A stretch of DNA of 64,000 nt from Microgenomates group bacterium Gr01-1014_5 (GCA_007376395.1 VMGE01000002.1:13118-77117); one strand, 5' to 3'. Shown: positions 38,365 through 48,098, numbered from the stretch's first letter. The notes: generated by a model from the letters alone, not told the origin. Program-made: numbers and translations.

Positions 38365-39063
38365 GTGTCTGAAATGGAAACAGAACAAACACAACAAAAG
38401 GAAAGTCAGGAGCTAGGTACACTACTGAGACTTAGTGGTATATTATTTGCGATACTCATTATTGTTGGAGCGTTAATTTGGGGATTGGGGCAATTTTTAA
38501 ATAATTCCTCTACCGAAACCTCAACCTCTTCGGTAAACACTATTTCTGTTTCTGACCAAATAAAAGGAAATAGGGAAGCAAAAGTTGTACTTGTTGAATA
38601 CAGCGATTTTCAGTGTCCGGCTTGTGCCGCCTACTATTCCGTGCTTAAACAAGTTGCTGCAGATTTCAAAAGCGATGTTGCTTTTGTATATCGCCACTTT
38701 CCCCTGCGCCAAATTCACCAAAACTCTGAACTAGCCGCGCGTGCCGCAGAGGCGGCAGGTAAACAAGGTAAATTTTGGGAAATGCATGATTTACTTTTTG
38801 AAAACCAAAAAGAGTGGTCTAGCGAAAAAAAGGCAGAAGAGTTTTTTAAGCGGTATGCCGAGTCGCTTAGTTTAAATACGGTACAATTTGAAACAGACAT
38901 AAACTCCTCAGAAATAAGGGTCAAAGTGAATAATGATTACCAGAGCGGTGTCGGTTTTCGTGTAAACGCAACTCCTACTTTCTTTCTAAATGGGGAAAAA
39001 CTGCAAAACCCAAGAACATACGATGAGTTTAAGTCCCTTCTTCAAAAAGCTATTTCTAAGTAG
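38365..39063 (+). CDS. DsbA/BdbD-like thiol:disulfide oxidoreductase, membrane-anchored
   Basis: N-terminal TM and DFQCPACAAYY (CxxC) in a thioredoxin fold. Confidence 0.7.
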   Translation: MSEMETEQTQQKESQELGTLLRLSGILFAILIIVGALIWGLGQFLNNSSTETSTSSVNTISVSDQIKGNREAKVVLVEYSDFQCPACAAYYSVLKQVAADFKSDVAFVYRHFPLRQIHQNSELAARAAEAAGKQGKFWEMHDLLFENQKEWSSEKKAEEFFKRYAESLSLNTVQFETDINSSEIRVKVNNDYQSGVGFRVNATPTFFLNGEKLQNPRTYDEFKSLLQKAISK

Positions 39064-39074
39064 TAATATAAGAA

Positions 39075-39688
39075 TCGTGATCCCTATAATTAAAACAATT
39101 CTCATTTCGTCAATTGTGGGCGCTCTTGTTGGCAGTAGCGCAACTATGTATTTTCAAAAAGATCAAACACCAACAAAAAACGACCTCATCAGGGAGTTTT
39201 ACGAAACCGAAAACGCAGTCCACGTCAGCCCCCACAGTTTACGCAAGAAAATGTCAAAAGGAGAAATTGATTACGTCTTGGTGGATTTAAGGAGTCAGCA
39301 AGAATACGAAAAAGAACGCATTGTCACGGCGGTAAATGTACCTGCATATAAAGACCCTGACACTTCGGCGTACGACGAAAAAGAACGCATTGTCGGACAA
39401 TTTAAAGAACTGATTAAAAATAATCCCGGCAAAGACATTATCGTGTATTGTTACAGCACCCCTTGCATGACCGGGAGAAAAATAGGGAAAATGCTAGTAG
39501 AACAGGGGGTCTATGTCCAGCATCTAGGCATTGGCTGGAATGAATGGCGTTATTTTTGGAACTTATGGAATCATGACGGCGAGGCGGTTTCAAAAGTTGA
39601 GGATTATGTTGTGAGCGGTAAAGAGCCTGGAACGCCAAAAGTTAAAGAATTACCTTCTCCTTGCAACGAGGGAGAGTTTGGTTGTTGA
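39075..39688 (+). CDS. rhodanese-domain sulfurtransferase, membrane-anchored
   Basis: TM helix, then a rhodanese domain with a CMTGRK active-site loop. A GTG start is proposed to avoid a 70-nt overlap; the ATG-started ORF is 38990..39688. Confidence 0.55.
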
Positions 39689-39689
39689 G

Positions 39690-40241
39690 TTAAGCCGCGA
39701 GCCTTAAAGCAGAAGCCATTTCCGCAAGCTCAGCAATAACCTTGCGGACCGAGTGTAAACCGCTACCTGTAATATTTGACCTGCCAAAATCTATATCTCC
39801 AACCATAAGCGGTTTTCGAAGTTTACGGGGCCGTTTCAAAGCAATGTCTGCCCCAACTCCGGAAAAACGTTCTTCTGGTTCTGCTATATCAGGAGCAATA
39901 ATAGTTGCGGGAGAGGCAGACGTAAGTTCTAATTTCATAGCGTTACGCGTTTCGATCATCCTCCAGTTTTCATGACTTTCTCCTTGTTTTACGTCTATCC
40001 TGGTGTGGACAGGAAAGCCGGTATCAAATAGGTGAATTGAAACCTTTACCTCTAAACCTCGAAGATTTATTGTTCCATTCCACTCACCCTTTGGTCTATT
40101 AAATTTTCTTAGAGAAGTAATAAGGGATAAAGAAGGTAACTCGCCTGTAGGGAGAGTGTGTCGAGTTTCTATCTGGTGATCACCAGAATCCTCTGACATA
40201 TCTAACTCAAGGATACTCTGATCTATCAAATTGTCAATCAT
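39690..40241 (-). CDS. hypothetical protein
   Basis: 183-aa ORF, convergent with the rhodanese gene. Confidence 0.3.
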   Translation of the reverse strand: MIDNLIDQSILELDMSEDSGDHQIETRHTLPTGELPSLSLITSLRKFNRPKGEWNGTINLRGLEVKVSIHLFDTGFPVHTRIDVKQGESHENWRMIETRNAMKLELTSASPATIIAPDIAEPEERFSGVGADIALKRPRKLRKPLMVGDIDFGRSNITGSGLHSVRKVIAELAEMASALRLAA

Positions 40242-40278
40242 TTTGCATTCTTTGAAAATTAATGCTATACCATAAAAT

Positions 40279-40764
40279 ATGGATCTTCACCAAATTTCAG
40301 TTACAGCAATTATTTTTAAAGACGATAAATTTTTAATTACAAAGCGGGCTGCTCATAAAAAAGTCCATCCTAATAGGTGGACCGTTCCTGGAGGAAAGGT
40401 CACTGTAGACGACTATAAAAATCTTCCGCAAACCGTACCCAGTGCTTGGTATTACCCATTTGAAAATGCACTCAGCAGAGAAGTAAAAGAAGAGGTGGCG
40501 CTAGAAATAAAAAATATTCAATTTTTGATAGATATGACTTTATCTGCTGGCGATATACCCATGCTCGTTCTTAGTTATTATGCTGAATATGTTTCAGGCG
40601 ATGTAAAACACGATGAAGACACAGTCGACTCTGCTTGGGTGACTGTCGAAGAAGCAAAAAAATACGATTTAATCGAAGGAATTTACGAAGAAATTGTTAT
40701 GGTAGACAAAATCCTCAAAGGCGCAGATTCATCTTCCGTAAAGTTCGAGCCGAGAAAGTATTGA
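40279..40764 (+). CDS. NUDIX hydrolase
   Basis: Nudix box GGKVTVDD...SREVKEEVALEI. Confidence 0.75.
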   Translation: MDLHQISVTAIIFKDDKFLITKRAAHKKVHPNRWTVPGGKVTVDDYKNLPQTVPSAWYYPFENALSREVKEEVALEIKNIQFLIDMTLSAGDIPMLVLSYYAEYVSGDVKHDEDTVDSAWVTVEEAKKYDLIEGIYEEIVMVDKILKGADSSSVKFEPRKY

Positions 40765-40798
40765 AGTACTACAGAAATCCTTTCGTAACTTTGTACAA

Positions 40799-41516
40799 CG
40801 ATATCACACTCCCGGTGTGTGATATTATTTATTATGCCTCTAAGATCTACTCCTTTCGTAAACGGAAGTTACTATCATGTCTATAACCGCGGAGTTGAAA
40901 AAAGAAAGATATTTTCAAACAATAGAGACTACGAGCGTTTTTTAGAAACTCTTTATTACTATTCCCACGGCAATCCGAAACCAAAATTTTCTACTTTGAA
41001 GAGATTTAAACTAGTAGAGTTTGAAAAAAATCCTAAAATAATTGATATTGCTTGCTACTGTTTAATGCCTAACCATTTTCACTTACTGATAAAACAACAA
41101 ATTGACGGAGGAATTCAAACTTTTATGAGAAAAATATTAGATAGTTATACCCGGTACTACAATACAAAACATAGGCGAGTAGGTCATTTATTCCAAGGGA
41201 CATTCAAAGCTATGCATATTGAAACAGATGAACAGCTCTTGCATATATCGAGATATATACACATCAACCCTTATGTTTCAAGCTTAGTGAAAATTTTAGA
41301 AGACTTTGAATTCTCGTCATATCGACACTTTCTAGGCATTACAAATACTAATTTTTGCAATAAAGAGTTAATCCTTGAATCATTTGGAAACTCAGGCAAG
41401 TATAAAGAGTTTATAGACGATCACATTGATTACGCACAAACAATTGAACGTATAAAACATACTCTAATTGATCCAGAAGAATAATTTCATATCACACTCC
41501 GGGAGTGTGATATGAA
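40799..41516 (+). mobile_element. IS200/RAYT-like single-gene element bounded by hairpin palindromes
   Basis: Left hairpin ATATCACAC-tcccggt-GTGTGATAT (40801-26) and right hairpin CATATCACACTC-cgg-GAGTGTGATATG (41488-514) flank a Y1 HUH transposase gene. Confidence 0.5.
40834..41484 (+). CDS. tnpA: IS200-like/REP-associated (RAYT-like) Y1 HUH tyrosine transposase
   Basis: YYHVYNRG N-terminal motif, MPNHFHLLI (HuH), RYIHINPY (catalytic Tyr). Start set downstream of the left hairpin. Confidence 0.7.
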   Translation: MPLRSTPFVNGSYYHVYNRGVEKRKIFSNNRDYERFLETLYYYSHGNPKPKFSTLKRFKLVEFEKNPKIIDIACYCLMPNHFHLLIKQQIDGGIQTFMRKILDSYTRYYNTKHRRVGHLFQGTFKAMHIETDEQLLHISRYIHINPYVSSLVKILEDFEFSSYRHFLGITNTNFCNKELILESFGNSGKYKEFIDDHIDYAQTIERIKHTLIDPEE

Positions 41517-41736
41517 TGTTTATATATTAAAAATCATAAAGGTGGTAAATTTAAAATTCATCTACAAAAACTGGAAAGGTGAGACTGGGAAACGAGAAGT
41601 TGAGCCCATTAGGGTGTGGTTTGGAAAAACAGAGTTTCACCCGAAAGAACAATGGTTTTTAAAAGCAAAAGATGTTGCAAAAGGAGAAGAGCGTGACTTC
41701 GCACTACTTGATATTCAAAAGTTTGTAAAAGATTAA
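41512..41736 (+). CDS. hypothetical small protein
   Basis: 74-aa ORF whose ATG lies in the 3' arm of the right hairpin; W/G/R-rich β-like sequence; unknown family. Confidence 0.3.
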   Translation: MNVYILKIIKVVNLKFIYKNWKGETGKREVEPIRVWFGKTEFHPKEQWFLKAKDVAKGEERDFALLDIQKFVKD

Positions 41737-42143
41737 CGTTTAGGACTTTGTTTCTTTCTTCTTGCCTTTCCGCCAGTTCCGATTTTCCTGCGCTCACGCT
41801 GACGCGGATCGCGTGTAAGAAGGCCTTTTTGTCTTAATAAAGTTTTGACATCAGCGTTCAGCAGTACTAATGTACGGGAGATTCCAAGACGCACAGCATC
41901 AACCTGTCCATGTTTACCTCCGCCAGCAACTTTAATTGTTGCCCAATATTTACCTACAGTATTAGTGACAGAAAACGGCTCATTCCAAACAACTTCCGGA
42001 GCAACTCCGGCAAAGTATGTCGCGATAGGAAATCCATTGACCAAGGTATCGCCACGGCCGGAATATAGCCGCACACGGGCAACAGCAGTTTTTCTGCGTC
42101 CTACTGCGAAGGTATAATCTTTCTTTTTAGATGTTTTAGCCAT
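41733..42143 (-). CDS. rpsI: 30S ribosomal protein S9
   Basis: GGGKHGQVDAVRLGISRTL and a C-terminal basic tail. Confidence 0.9.
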   Translation of the reverse strand: MAKTSKKKDYTFAVGRRKTAVARVRLYSGRGDTLVNGFPIATYFAGVAPEVVWNEPFSVTNTVGKYWATIKVAGGGKHGQVDAVRLGISRTLVLLNADVKTLLRQKGLLTRDPRQRERRKIGTGGKARRKKQSPKR

Positions 42144-42228
42144 AAATAGTTAAGTAATCAGTATTCAGTAAACAGTAATCAATTAGTGAAATAGTTAATA
42201 GTAACTTTGTAAATGGTTAATTTCCTGG

Positions 42229-42669
42229 TTACTGTTTACTGGTTACTTTATCTTTATATGGATGATTTTCTTCTGCGTATACTTTTAGTCTTGCAAATCT
42301 CTGTTTTCTTAACCTGTTTTTGGGCAACATATTCCAAACTGCTTCTTCGATAATTTTTGCAGGCCGTGTTTGGCGCAGCACTTTTAGCGTTGTTGATTTT
42401 AATCCTCCCGGATAACCTGAGTGTCTCCAGTAAGTTTTTTGCTCTTCTTTTCTGCCTGTAACTTTTACCTGCGCCGCGTTTACCACTACCACAAAGTCTC
42501 CGCTATCAATATTGGCTGAATAAGTCTTTTTGTGCTTGCCGATTAAAAATCCAGCAATACCGGTTGACATGCGTCCCAACACAAGACCTTTAGCATCAAT
42601 TAAATGCCATCCTCTAACAATTTCTGCCGCCTTAGGTGAATATGTTGTATTGTTCATTTTGTTTGACAA
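42229..42669 (-). CDS. rplM: 50S ribosomal protein L13
   Basis: WHLIDAKGLVLGRMST...VVVNA; typical L13. Confidence 0.9.
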   Translation of the reverse strand: MSNKMNNTTYSPKAAEIVRGWHLIDAKGLVLGRMSTGIAGFLIGKHKKTYSANIDSGDFVVVVNAAQVKVTGRKEEQKTYWRHSGYPGGLKSTTLKVLRQTRPAKIIEEAVWNMLPKNRLRKQRFARLKVYAEENHPYKDKVTSKQ

Positions 42670-42691
42670 AACAAGCTATTGCTTATGTTAA

Positions 42692-43189
42692 TTATTTTGC
42701 TAATTTTTGCGAACCTTTCTTGCTAATCTTTACAGTTTTCTTGGTTTCTGATGTTTCTTCAGTCTTCTCACTTTTTACTTTTAACTTTTTACTTTTTACT
42801 TCGACTGCGCTAGCAGTAGGCTTGCTTATCTTGTCCACCCATTCAAGTCTTGCCATTGGTGCTCTATCCCCAATTCTCGAACCCAACTTGACAATTCTGG
42901 TAAACCCAGAGGTTCTGCCCTTCACTTGGGAAACTCTCACAAAAAGCCCTTCGACCGCCTCTTTGTCTTGCCCGAGCCTGGCAAAAATCAGACGACGCGA
43001 CGCCGGAGAGCCTTCGCGTACTCTGGTGACAAGTTTATCAACAAAGGGCTTGAGCACTTTTGCATGCGCCTCGCTTATTTCGATAGCTCCGTGTGCTACC
43101 AAAGCCCTCACCAGCCCTCGAGCTAGTGCAAGCCTGACGCTCTCTTTGCTGTTTTTGCGAGCGCGACGCGACGCTTGACGTTTTGCCAT
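42692..43189 (-). CDS. rplQ: 50S ribosomal protein L17 (Lys-rich C-terminal extension)
   Basis: LARGLVRALVAHGAIEIS...TSGFTRIVKLG. Confidence 0.85.
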   Translation of the reverse strand: MAKRQASRRARKNSKESVRLALARGLVRALVAHGAIEISEAHAKVLKPFVDKLVTRVREGSPASRRLIFARLGQDKEAVEGLFVRVSQVKGRTSGFTRIVKLGSRIGDRAPMARLEWVDKISKPTASAVEVKSKKLKVKSEKTEETSETKKTVKISKKGSQKLAK

Positions 43190-43194
43190 CTAAA

Positions 43195-44151
43195 TTATCC
43201 CTCCCAAGAGATTCCTTTCTCCTTCAAAGCGGCCTCGATTACTTTAATAGACTTTTCGCCCATATTGCGAACTTTGGCGAGCTCTGCCTTGTCTGCAGAA
43301 AGAAGATCGGATACGTTTTCGTAGCCGTTCTTCGACAAAGCATTGGCAATTCTTGTAGGAAGCCCTAACTCCTCAATAGTAAGAGAGTTTGATTGGGAAC
43401 CTGCGATACTTTGAGTTGGTACAGGTGCAGCAGCCGTAGATGGAGAAACTACCTGTCCAAAATAGCCAATTATAATCTCTGCTGCTTTTTTCAAGCTATC
43501 CGCAGAATTAATTGTGCCATCTGTCCAGATCTCCATCGTGAGTTTGTCGTAATTGGTCAGACGACCGACTCGAGTTTCTTCCACTTTATAATTGACTCTC
43601 TTAACTGGAGAAAAATCAGCGTCCAGCGGAATAAGGCCAACTTTATTTGTCTTTCTATCTTCTGCTGGAGAATATCCGCTACCGGTTTCAACCTGCATAT
43701 CGATATCTAGTTTTGTTTGGCTTGTTGCTAAATGAGCAAGAACTAAGTCCGGGTTAGTAATTTTTACCTGTGCAGGTGTTTTAATTTGAGAAGCGGTAAC
43801 TTCTCCGGGACCTTTGGCTGAGAGTTCGAGTTTCACCGGCTTGTCGCCAGAATAGGCTACTCTTAATTTTTTAAGATTTAGGAGCAGGTCTACGCCATCT
43901 TCTTGTACGCCTTTTACCGTACCAAATTGGTGTTTTAGACCCGAGATCGTAACTTGAGTCACAGCAGCTCCAGGAAGGCTTGATAAAAGCACGCGCCGGA
44001 TAGCTGAACCCAAGGTCTGACCATACCCCTGAGCTAACGGCTCAATAGAGAAACGGCCGTAACCATCTTTGGCTTCTTCTTGTTTTATATGGAATGTTTG
44101 CTGTTGATCCAAGTTAATCACCTCCTTTAAACTATCTACTGTAATATTCAA
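43195..44151 (-). CDS. rpoA: DNA-directed RNA polymerase subunit alpha
   Basis: N-terminal dimerisation domain GYGQTLGSAIRRVLLSSL and C-terminal αCTD HhH (LGLPTRIANAL). Confidence 0.9.
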   Translation of the reverse strand: MNITVDSLKEVINLDQQQTFHIKQEEAKDGYGRFSIEPLAQGYGQTLGSAIRRVLLSSLPGAAVTQVTISGLKHQFGTVKGVQEDGVDLLLNLKKLRVAYSGDKPVKLELSAKGPGEVTASQIKTPAQVKITNPDLVLAHLATSQTKLDIDMQVETGSGYSPAEDRKTNKVGLIPLDADFSPVKRVNYKVEETRVGRLTNYDKLTMEIWTDGTINSADSLKKAAEIIIGYFGQVVSPSTAAAPVPTQSIAGSQSNSLTIEELGLPTRIANALSKNGYENVSDLLSADKAELAKVRNMGEKSIKVIEAALKEKGISWEG

Positions 44152-44728
44152 CTATATCTTGTTCGGAAATAGGCTCAGTAATCTCATTTCGCTTGGGATA
44201 ACTCTTCATTCTGCCAACTGCCGCTTTGCGCTCTAACCAGCCAGCTACCTCGGGTGTTTCAATATCTAACAATTTCTTAATCTCGGGAATATTTTGTGCT
44301 TTTATATCTAAGGCAACGGTCTGTCCTTCGCTAATAAGATAGGAGGGGATATTTACCTTCTTTCCATCAACGAGTACGTGGGCATGAGAAACTAATTGAC
44401 GGGCTGATGTGCGGGTAGGCGCAAACCCAAGTCTGTAGATCGTGTTATCAAGTCGACGTTCAAGAAGTTGAATTAACACTTCTCCTGTGTTGGCTCGAGA
44501 TTTTTGTGCTTGAGTTACATACTTTGCAAACTGCTTCTCTGACAACCCATACATTCTCTTTACTTTTTGCTTTTCCCGCAGTTGACGTCCGTATTCAGAC
44601 ATCTTTCTTGTTCCTTTTTGGCCATGCATTCCCGGGGGGACATTAAGCCTGCGCAGACGGTTACCCTTACCAAATAGGTCTACACCTTCTCTTCTTGATA
44701 ATCTGTTTTTAGGTCCTGTATATCTCAT
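44132..44728 (-). CDS. rpsD: 30S ribosomal protein S4
   Basis: MRYTGPKNRLSRREG... Confidence 0.9.
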   Translation of the reverse strand: MRYTGPKNRLSRREGVDLFGKGNRLRRLNVPPGMHGQKGTRKMSEYGRQLREKQKVKRMYGLSEKQFAKYVTQAQKSRANTGEVLIQLLERRLDNTIYRLGFAPTRTSARQLVSHAHVLVDGKKVNIPSYLISEGQTVALDIKAQNIPEIKKLLDIETPEVAGWLERKAAVGRMKSYPKRNEITEPISEQDIVEYYSR

Positions 44729-44749
44729 AATTTTAAATTTGAAATTGTT

Positions 44750-45136
44750 CTATCCTCTCCTTTTTTTCTTTGCCCGCGGCCCGTTAAAAGGCATGGGCGT
44801 AACATCAGCAATCAATTCCATCTTTAGCCCAGCAGCTCGGATTGCGCGCAATGCCGCGTCTCTCCCTGGTCCTGGACCTTTGATGTAGACATTGATATTT
44901 TTCATTCCATGTTCATCACGTACTTTTTTGACCACAGTTTCGACTGCAGTTGTTGCCGCAAACGGGGTTGATTTTCTCGTTCCCTTAAAACCAGCACGCC
45001 CCGATGACCCCCAAGCAAGAGTATTGCCCGCTTCGTCTGTAACTGTAACAAGCGTGTTATTAAAAGTGGCATTAATAAAAACTTTGCCGTTTTCGGTTTG
45101 TACAATCCGCTTTTTGCTTTGCTTTTTGACTACCAT
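44750..45136 (-). CDS. rpsK: 30S ribosomal protein S11
   Basis: INATFNNTLVTVTDEAGNTLAWGSSG... Confidence 0.9.
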   Translation of the reverse strand: MVVKKQSKKRIVQTENGKVFINATFNNTLVTVTDEAGNTLAWGSSGRAGFKGTRKSTPFAATTAVETVVKKVRDEHGMKNINVYIKGPGPGRDAALRAIRAAGLKMELIADVTPMPFNGPRAKKKRRG

Positions 45137-45148
45137 ATTAATTTGAAA

Positions 45149-45553
45149 TTATTTCTTTGCCGCCGCTTGAGTTTGCTTGCTTAATGCTTCTTTCTTGAAT
45201 GCTCCAACGGTTTTTCTCTTTCCGCGTTTAGTACGGGCATTGCTTCTGGTTCTTTGGCCACGAGCAGGCAATCCGCGGTTGTGGCGCACGCCCCGATATG
45301 AACTGATATCTTTTAGACGTTGAATTTCCTGACGAATTGATCTGCGCAAATCACCTTCAATGGTGTATCCTTCAACGGTTTTGGTTAGTTTGGAGAATTC
45401 TTCTTCTGTGAGGTCACGGGTTTTCTTTGCCGGATTAACATCAGCTTTGTTAAGTATGGCCTTGGACAACGCCCAACCGACTCCATAAAGAAGCGTTAGA
45501 GAATAATCTATTCTTTGGTTGTCTGGTAAATCAATTCCTGCTAAGCGTGCCAT
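45149..45553 (-). CDS. rpsM: 30S ribosomal protein S13
   Basis: MARLAGIDLPDNQRIDYSLTLLYGVG... Confidence 0.9.
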   Translation of the reverse strand: MARLAGIDLPDNQRIDYSLTLLYGVGWALSKAILNKADVNPAKKTRDLTEEEFSKLTKTVEGYTIEGDLRRSIRQEIQRLKDISSYRGVRHNRGLPARGQRTRSNARTKRGKRKTVGAFKKEALSKQTQAAAKK

Positions 45554-45619
45554 AATAATTCAGTTTGCCAGGTTTCAGGTTACCAGATTAACTGATTACC
45601 CGGTACCCGATTACCCGAG

Positions 45620-45733
45620 CTAGCCCTGGCGCTGTTTGTGTTTTGGGTTGATGCAAGTTACGTACAAAACACCACGGCGTTTGACGTGTTGGCAGTTTTT
45701 ACAAATTTTTTTAACTGATGCGTTAACTTTCAT
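45620..45733 (-). CDS. rpmJ: 50S ribosomal protein L36 (below the ORF-track size cutoff)
   Basis: Manual translation: [37 protein letters not shown]. Confidence 0.8.
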   Translation of the reverse strand: MKVNASVKKICKNCQHVKRRGVLYVTCINPKHKQRQG

Positions 45734-45837
45734 ACAAATTTCTAATTATTCTAATTGCTCTAATTTCTAACAAATTCCCAATTTCCAAATGTCTCAAACT
45801 TTTAGATTAATTAGTTCAATTAGAAATTAGGTTAATT

Positions 45838-46056
45838 CTATCTTCCCCTCCACACAATACGACCTCTTTCTTGGTCATATGGGGTCATCTCAACCCGAAC
45901 TTCATCCCCTGGCAAGATACGTATAAAACTACGGCGCATCTTTCCCGCTATCGTCGCCAAGACACTCCTACCGTCCTCTAGTTTTATTCTAAAGGTGGTG
46001 TTTGGCAAAGCTTCCAAGACTACGCCAGAAAACTCTTGATTTTGGTCTTGCTGCAT
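45838..46056 (-). CDS. infA: translation initiation factor IF-1
   Basis: [31 protein letters not shown]... Confidence 0.9.
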   Translation of the reverse strand: MQQDQNQEFSGVVLEALPNTTFRIKLEDGRSVLATIAGKMRRSFIRILPGDEVRVEMTPYDQERGRIVWRGR

Positions 46057-46102
46057 ACAAAGCGACGAAAAAAACCCACCCAGCTAAGCTGGGCTGGTGG
46101 TA

Positions 46103-46852
46103 TTAGGCAGTAAGTACTAGAGGACCATTGGCAGTAATTGCTACAGTCTCCTCAAAGTATCCAGCTATTTTACCATCTTTGGTTGATATTGTCCAATTAT
46201 CTTGAGAGGAGAGGACAAGCTCAGGTGAGCCTAGTGTATAGATGGCTTCGATTGCCAAAACCATCCCTTCTGCCAAAAGCTCCCCATGCCCCCTTCCAAC
46301 CCATAAACAAGGCACAGGAGGGTCCTCGTGGAGTTCACGGCCTATACCATGCCCTGTGAGCGATCGGGTAGGAGAATAACCGGCGCCTTCCAAAACTCTT
46401 TGCATGCTGTGCGAGATATCAAACATTCTGTTCCCGGGTTTAGCTTGGACAATCGCTTTATTCAAGGCTTCTTTGCCTATTTCTAAGAACTTTCTCTTGT
46501 CAGAGTCAATTTTCCCTAAAGGACAGGTAAACGCAGTGTCTGTATGTAATCCTTGATAAAAAAGGCCGAGGTCGACTTTTACTAAATCTCCCTCTTTAAA
46601 AGGGATTTGTGACGGAACGCCATGAACTACGCCGTCGTTAATATTAATACAGGTTGCCCAGCGGTAGCCCTCAACCATCTTAAAAGAAGGTTGTCCGCCG
46701 GCTTTTTCTATCAATTCCTCGGCTTTGCGGTCTATATCGCACGGAATCACTCCTGGAGCAAGCATCTCTCTTATTGCCGCTTTTACTTGACCAAGCCTCT
46801 TCCCCCCTTCGTGCATTATTTTTATTTCCTGAGGTGTTTTAAGGTGAATCAT
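46103..46852 (-). CDS. map: methionine aminopeptidase type I
   Basis: Metal-binding D, D, H, E, E residues in the pita-bread fold (GHGIGRELHEDP). Confidence 0.9.
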   Translation of the reverse strand: MIHLKTPQEIKIMHEGGKRLGQVKAAIREMLAPGVIPCDIDRKAEELIEKAGGQPSFKMVEGYRWATCININDGVVHGVPSQIPFKEGDLVKVDLGLFYQGLHTDTAFTCPLGKIDSDKRKFLEIGKEALNKAIVQAKPGNRMFDISHSMQRVLEGAGYSPTRSLTGHGIGRELHEDPPVPCLWVGRGHGELLAEGMVLAIEAIYTLGSPELVLSSQDNWTISTKDGKIAGYFEETVAITANGPLVLTA

Positions 46853-47379
46853 TAGACTATGCGTAATTGAATATCGGCAGAAATTGCGTCTACATCCCTT
46901 TCTCCGTCAACTTCCACGAGAATTCCCTTTTGCCTGTAATAATCCAAAACAGGTTCTGTTTCTTGATGATAAATCTCGATTCTTTTTTTAACGATCTCGG
47001 GCGTATCGTCACCCCTGCCTCGGGCAAGCAATCTTTTTTCCACTTCCTGATCTGACACTTTAAGGTAAATAACTTTATCCAAATGAAGTGGAAACATTTC
47101 TGCCTCTTCTGTATTGCGGGGGAAACCGTCAATAATAGTTCCTGAGGCGTGCTCACTTTGTTTTAAATGATCCTCAACAAGGCGAAGGACTGTCTGGTGA
47201 TCGACCAATTCTCCTTTTTCCATTTTCTCTTTAATCGCACGGGCTTCCGGGTCGTCTGACTGAGAAGCGTAGTACAAAAGATCGCCGACAGAGAGATGGG
47301 GTAGCCCCAAATGTTGAGCCAGAAGCTCAGCCTGAGTAGACTTACCAGAACCGACAGGACCGAGAATGAGTATGTTCAT
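46852..47379 (-). CDS. adk: adenylate kinase (short form, no zinc lid)
   Basis: ILGPVGSGKSTQAELLA P-loop. Confidence 0.9.
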   Translation of the reverse strand: MNILILGPVGSGKSTQAELLAQHLGLPHLSVGDLLYYASQSDDPEARAIKEKMEKGELVDHQTVLRLVEDHLKQSEHASGTIIDGFPRNTEEAEMFPLHLDKVIYLKVSDQEVEKRLLARGRGDDTPEIVKKRIEIYHQETEPVLDYYRQKGILVEVDGERDVDAISADIQLRIV

Positions 47380-47381
47380 CT

Positions 47382-48098
47382 TTAGCTTACCTCCATATCG
47401 TTTATAACATCGTATTCAAGAAGGACATAATTATTTTCGAGTTGTTGACAATTGGTAAGCTTTAAAGCCTTAACATGGATTAAATCGTCCTCCGTGTGTA
47501 AAGATTCACCGTCTATAAGTGACGGTGTATTTTTGCCACCCACCAAACAAGGGGCGACCACAATCTTAACTTTGTCTATTAATTTCTTTCTTAACAAAAC
47601 AGAATTTAAAGTGCCGCCTGTTTGGATTGTAACTTTGTCAATCCTATAATCCTCTTTAAGTCTTCTAAAGACATCAACAAAATCTATCTCTCCCTCATAA
47701 TAAAGAATTTCTATATTGCCATACTGGTCTTTAAGCTCAAAAGCCGGGTGTGCTTTGTTGGTTGTTACCAGATAAAAAACTTTTGCTCTTTTGGCGAAAT
47801 ATTCGCAGCCGCTTTTTTTTAAATGGGGCTTGTTGTCTACCACCACAAAACTCACATCATCATTGTGATCTTTATCCCAGCTTCTTTGGTTTACTCCGAC
47901 CTTAGCTTGAACTTTCCCGGTGTTAAAGGAAACTAAATCTGTTTGTTTTTCCAGATCGTAATACTGGTGAAGACCTTCCTTAACACCAACGATATCTGTA
48001 AAATCTTTGTCTACATCTAATTCATCTGTGTCGCCGGTTGAAATCTTTCCGTCCAAAGATTCAATCAAGAATAGTGTGGTTAGAGGTTTGCTCATCAC
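47382..48098 (-). CDS. RibD C-terminal domain / dihydrofolate-reductase-like reductase
   Basis: LFLIESLDGKIS (the (I/L)DGKIA signature) and a C-terminal GG..L....L.D NADPH-binding region; AT-rich. Confidence 0.5.
   Translation of the reverse strand: MMSKPLTTLFLIESLDGKISTGDTDELDVDKDFTDIVGVKEGLHQYYDLEKQTDLVSFNTGKVQAKVGVNQRSWDKDHNDDVSFVVVDNKPHLKKSGCEYFAKRAKVFYLVTTNKAHPAFELKDQYGNIEILYYEGEIDFVDVFRRLKEDYRIDKVTIQTGGTLNSVLLRKKLIDKVKIVVAPCLVGGKNTPSLIDGESLHTEDDLIHVKALKLTNCQQLENNYVLLEYDVINDMEVS

Noticed and set aside
38107-38397. 96-aa minus-strand ORF
   Set aside because: It overlaps the well-formed tRNA-Pro(GGG) on the opposite strand and has no SD; spurious.
41733-43189. rpsI-rplM-rplQ adjacency as a rearrangement
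   Set aside because: L13-S9 is an independent operon in most bacteria, and its placement after rplQ is simply neighbouring operons on the same strand. Not anomalous.
45554-45837. Possible small RNA in the S13-L36-IF1 spacers (GATTACCCG and TCTAATT direct repeats)
   Set aside because: Most of 45620-45733 is explained by the manually found rpmJ gene. The remaining repeats are short and AT-rich, without convincing structure.
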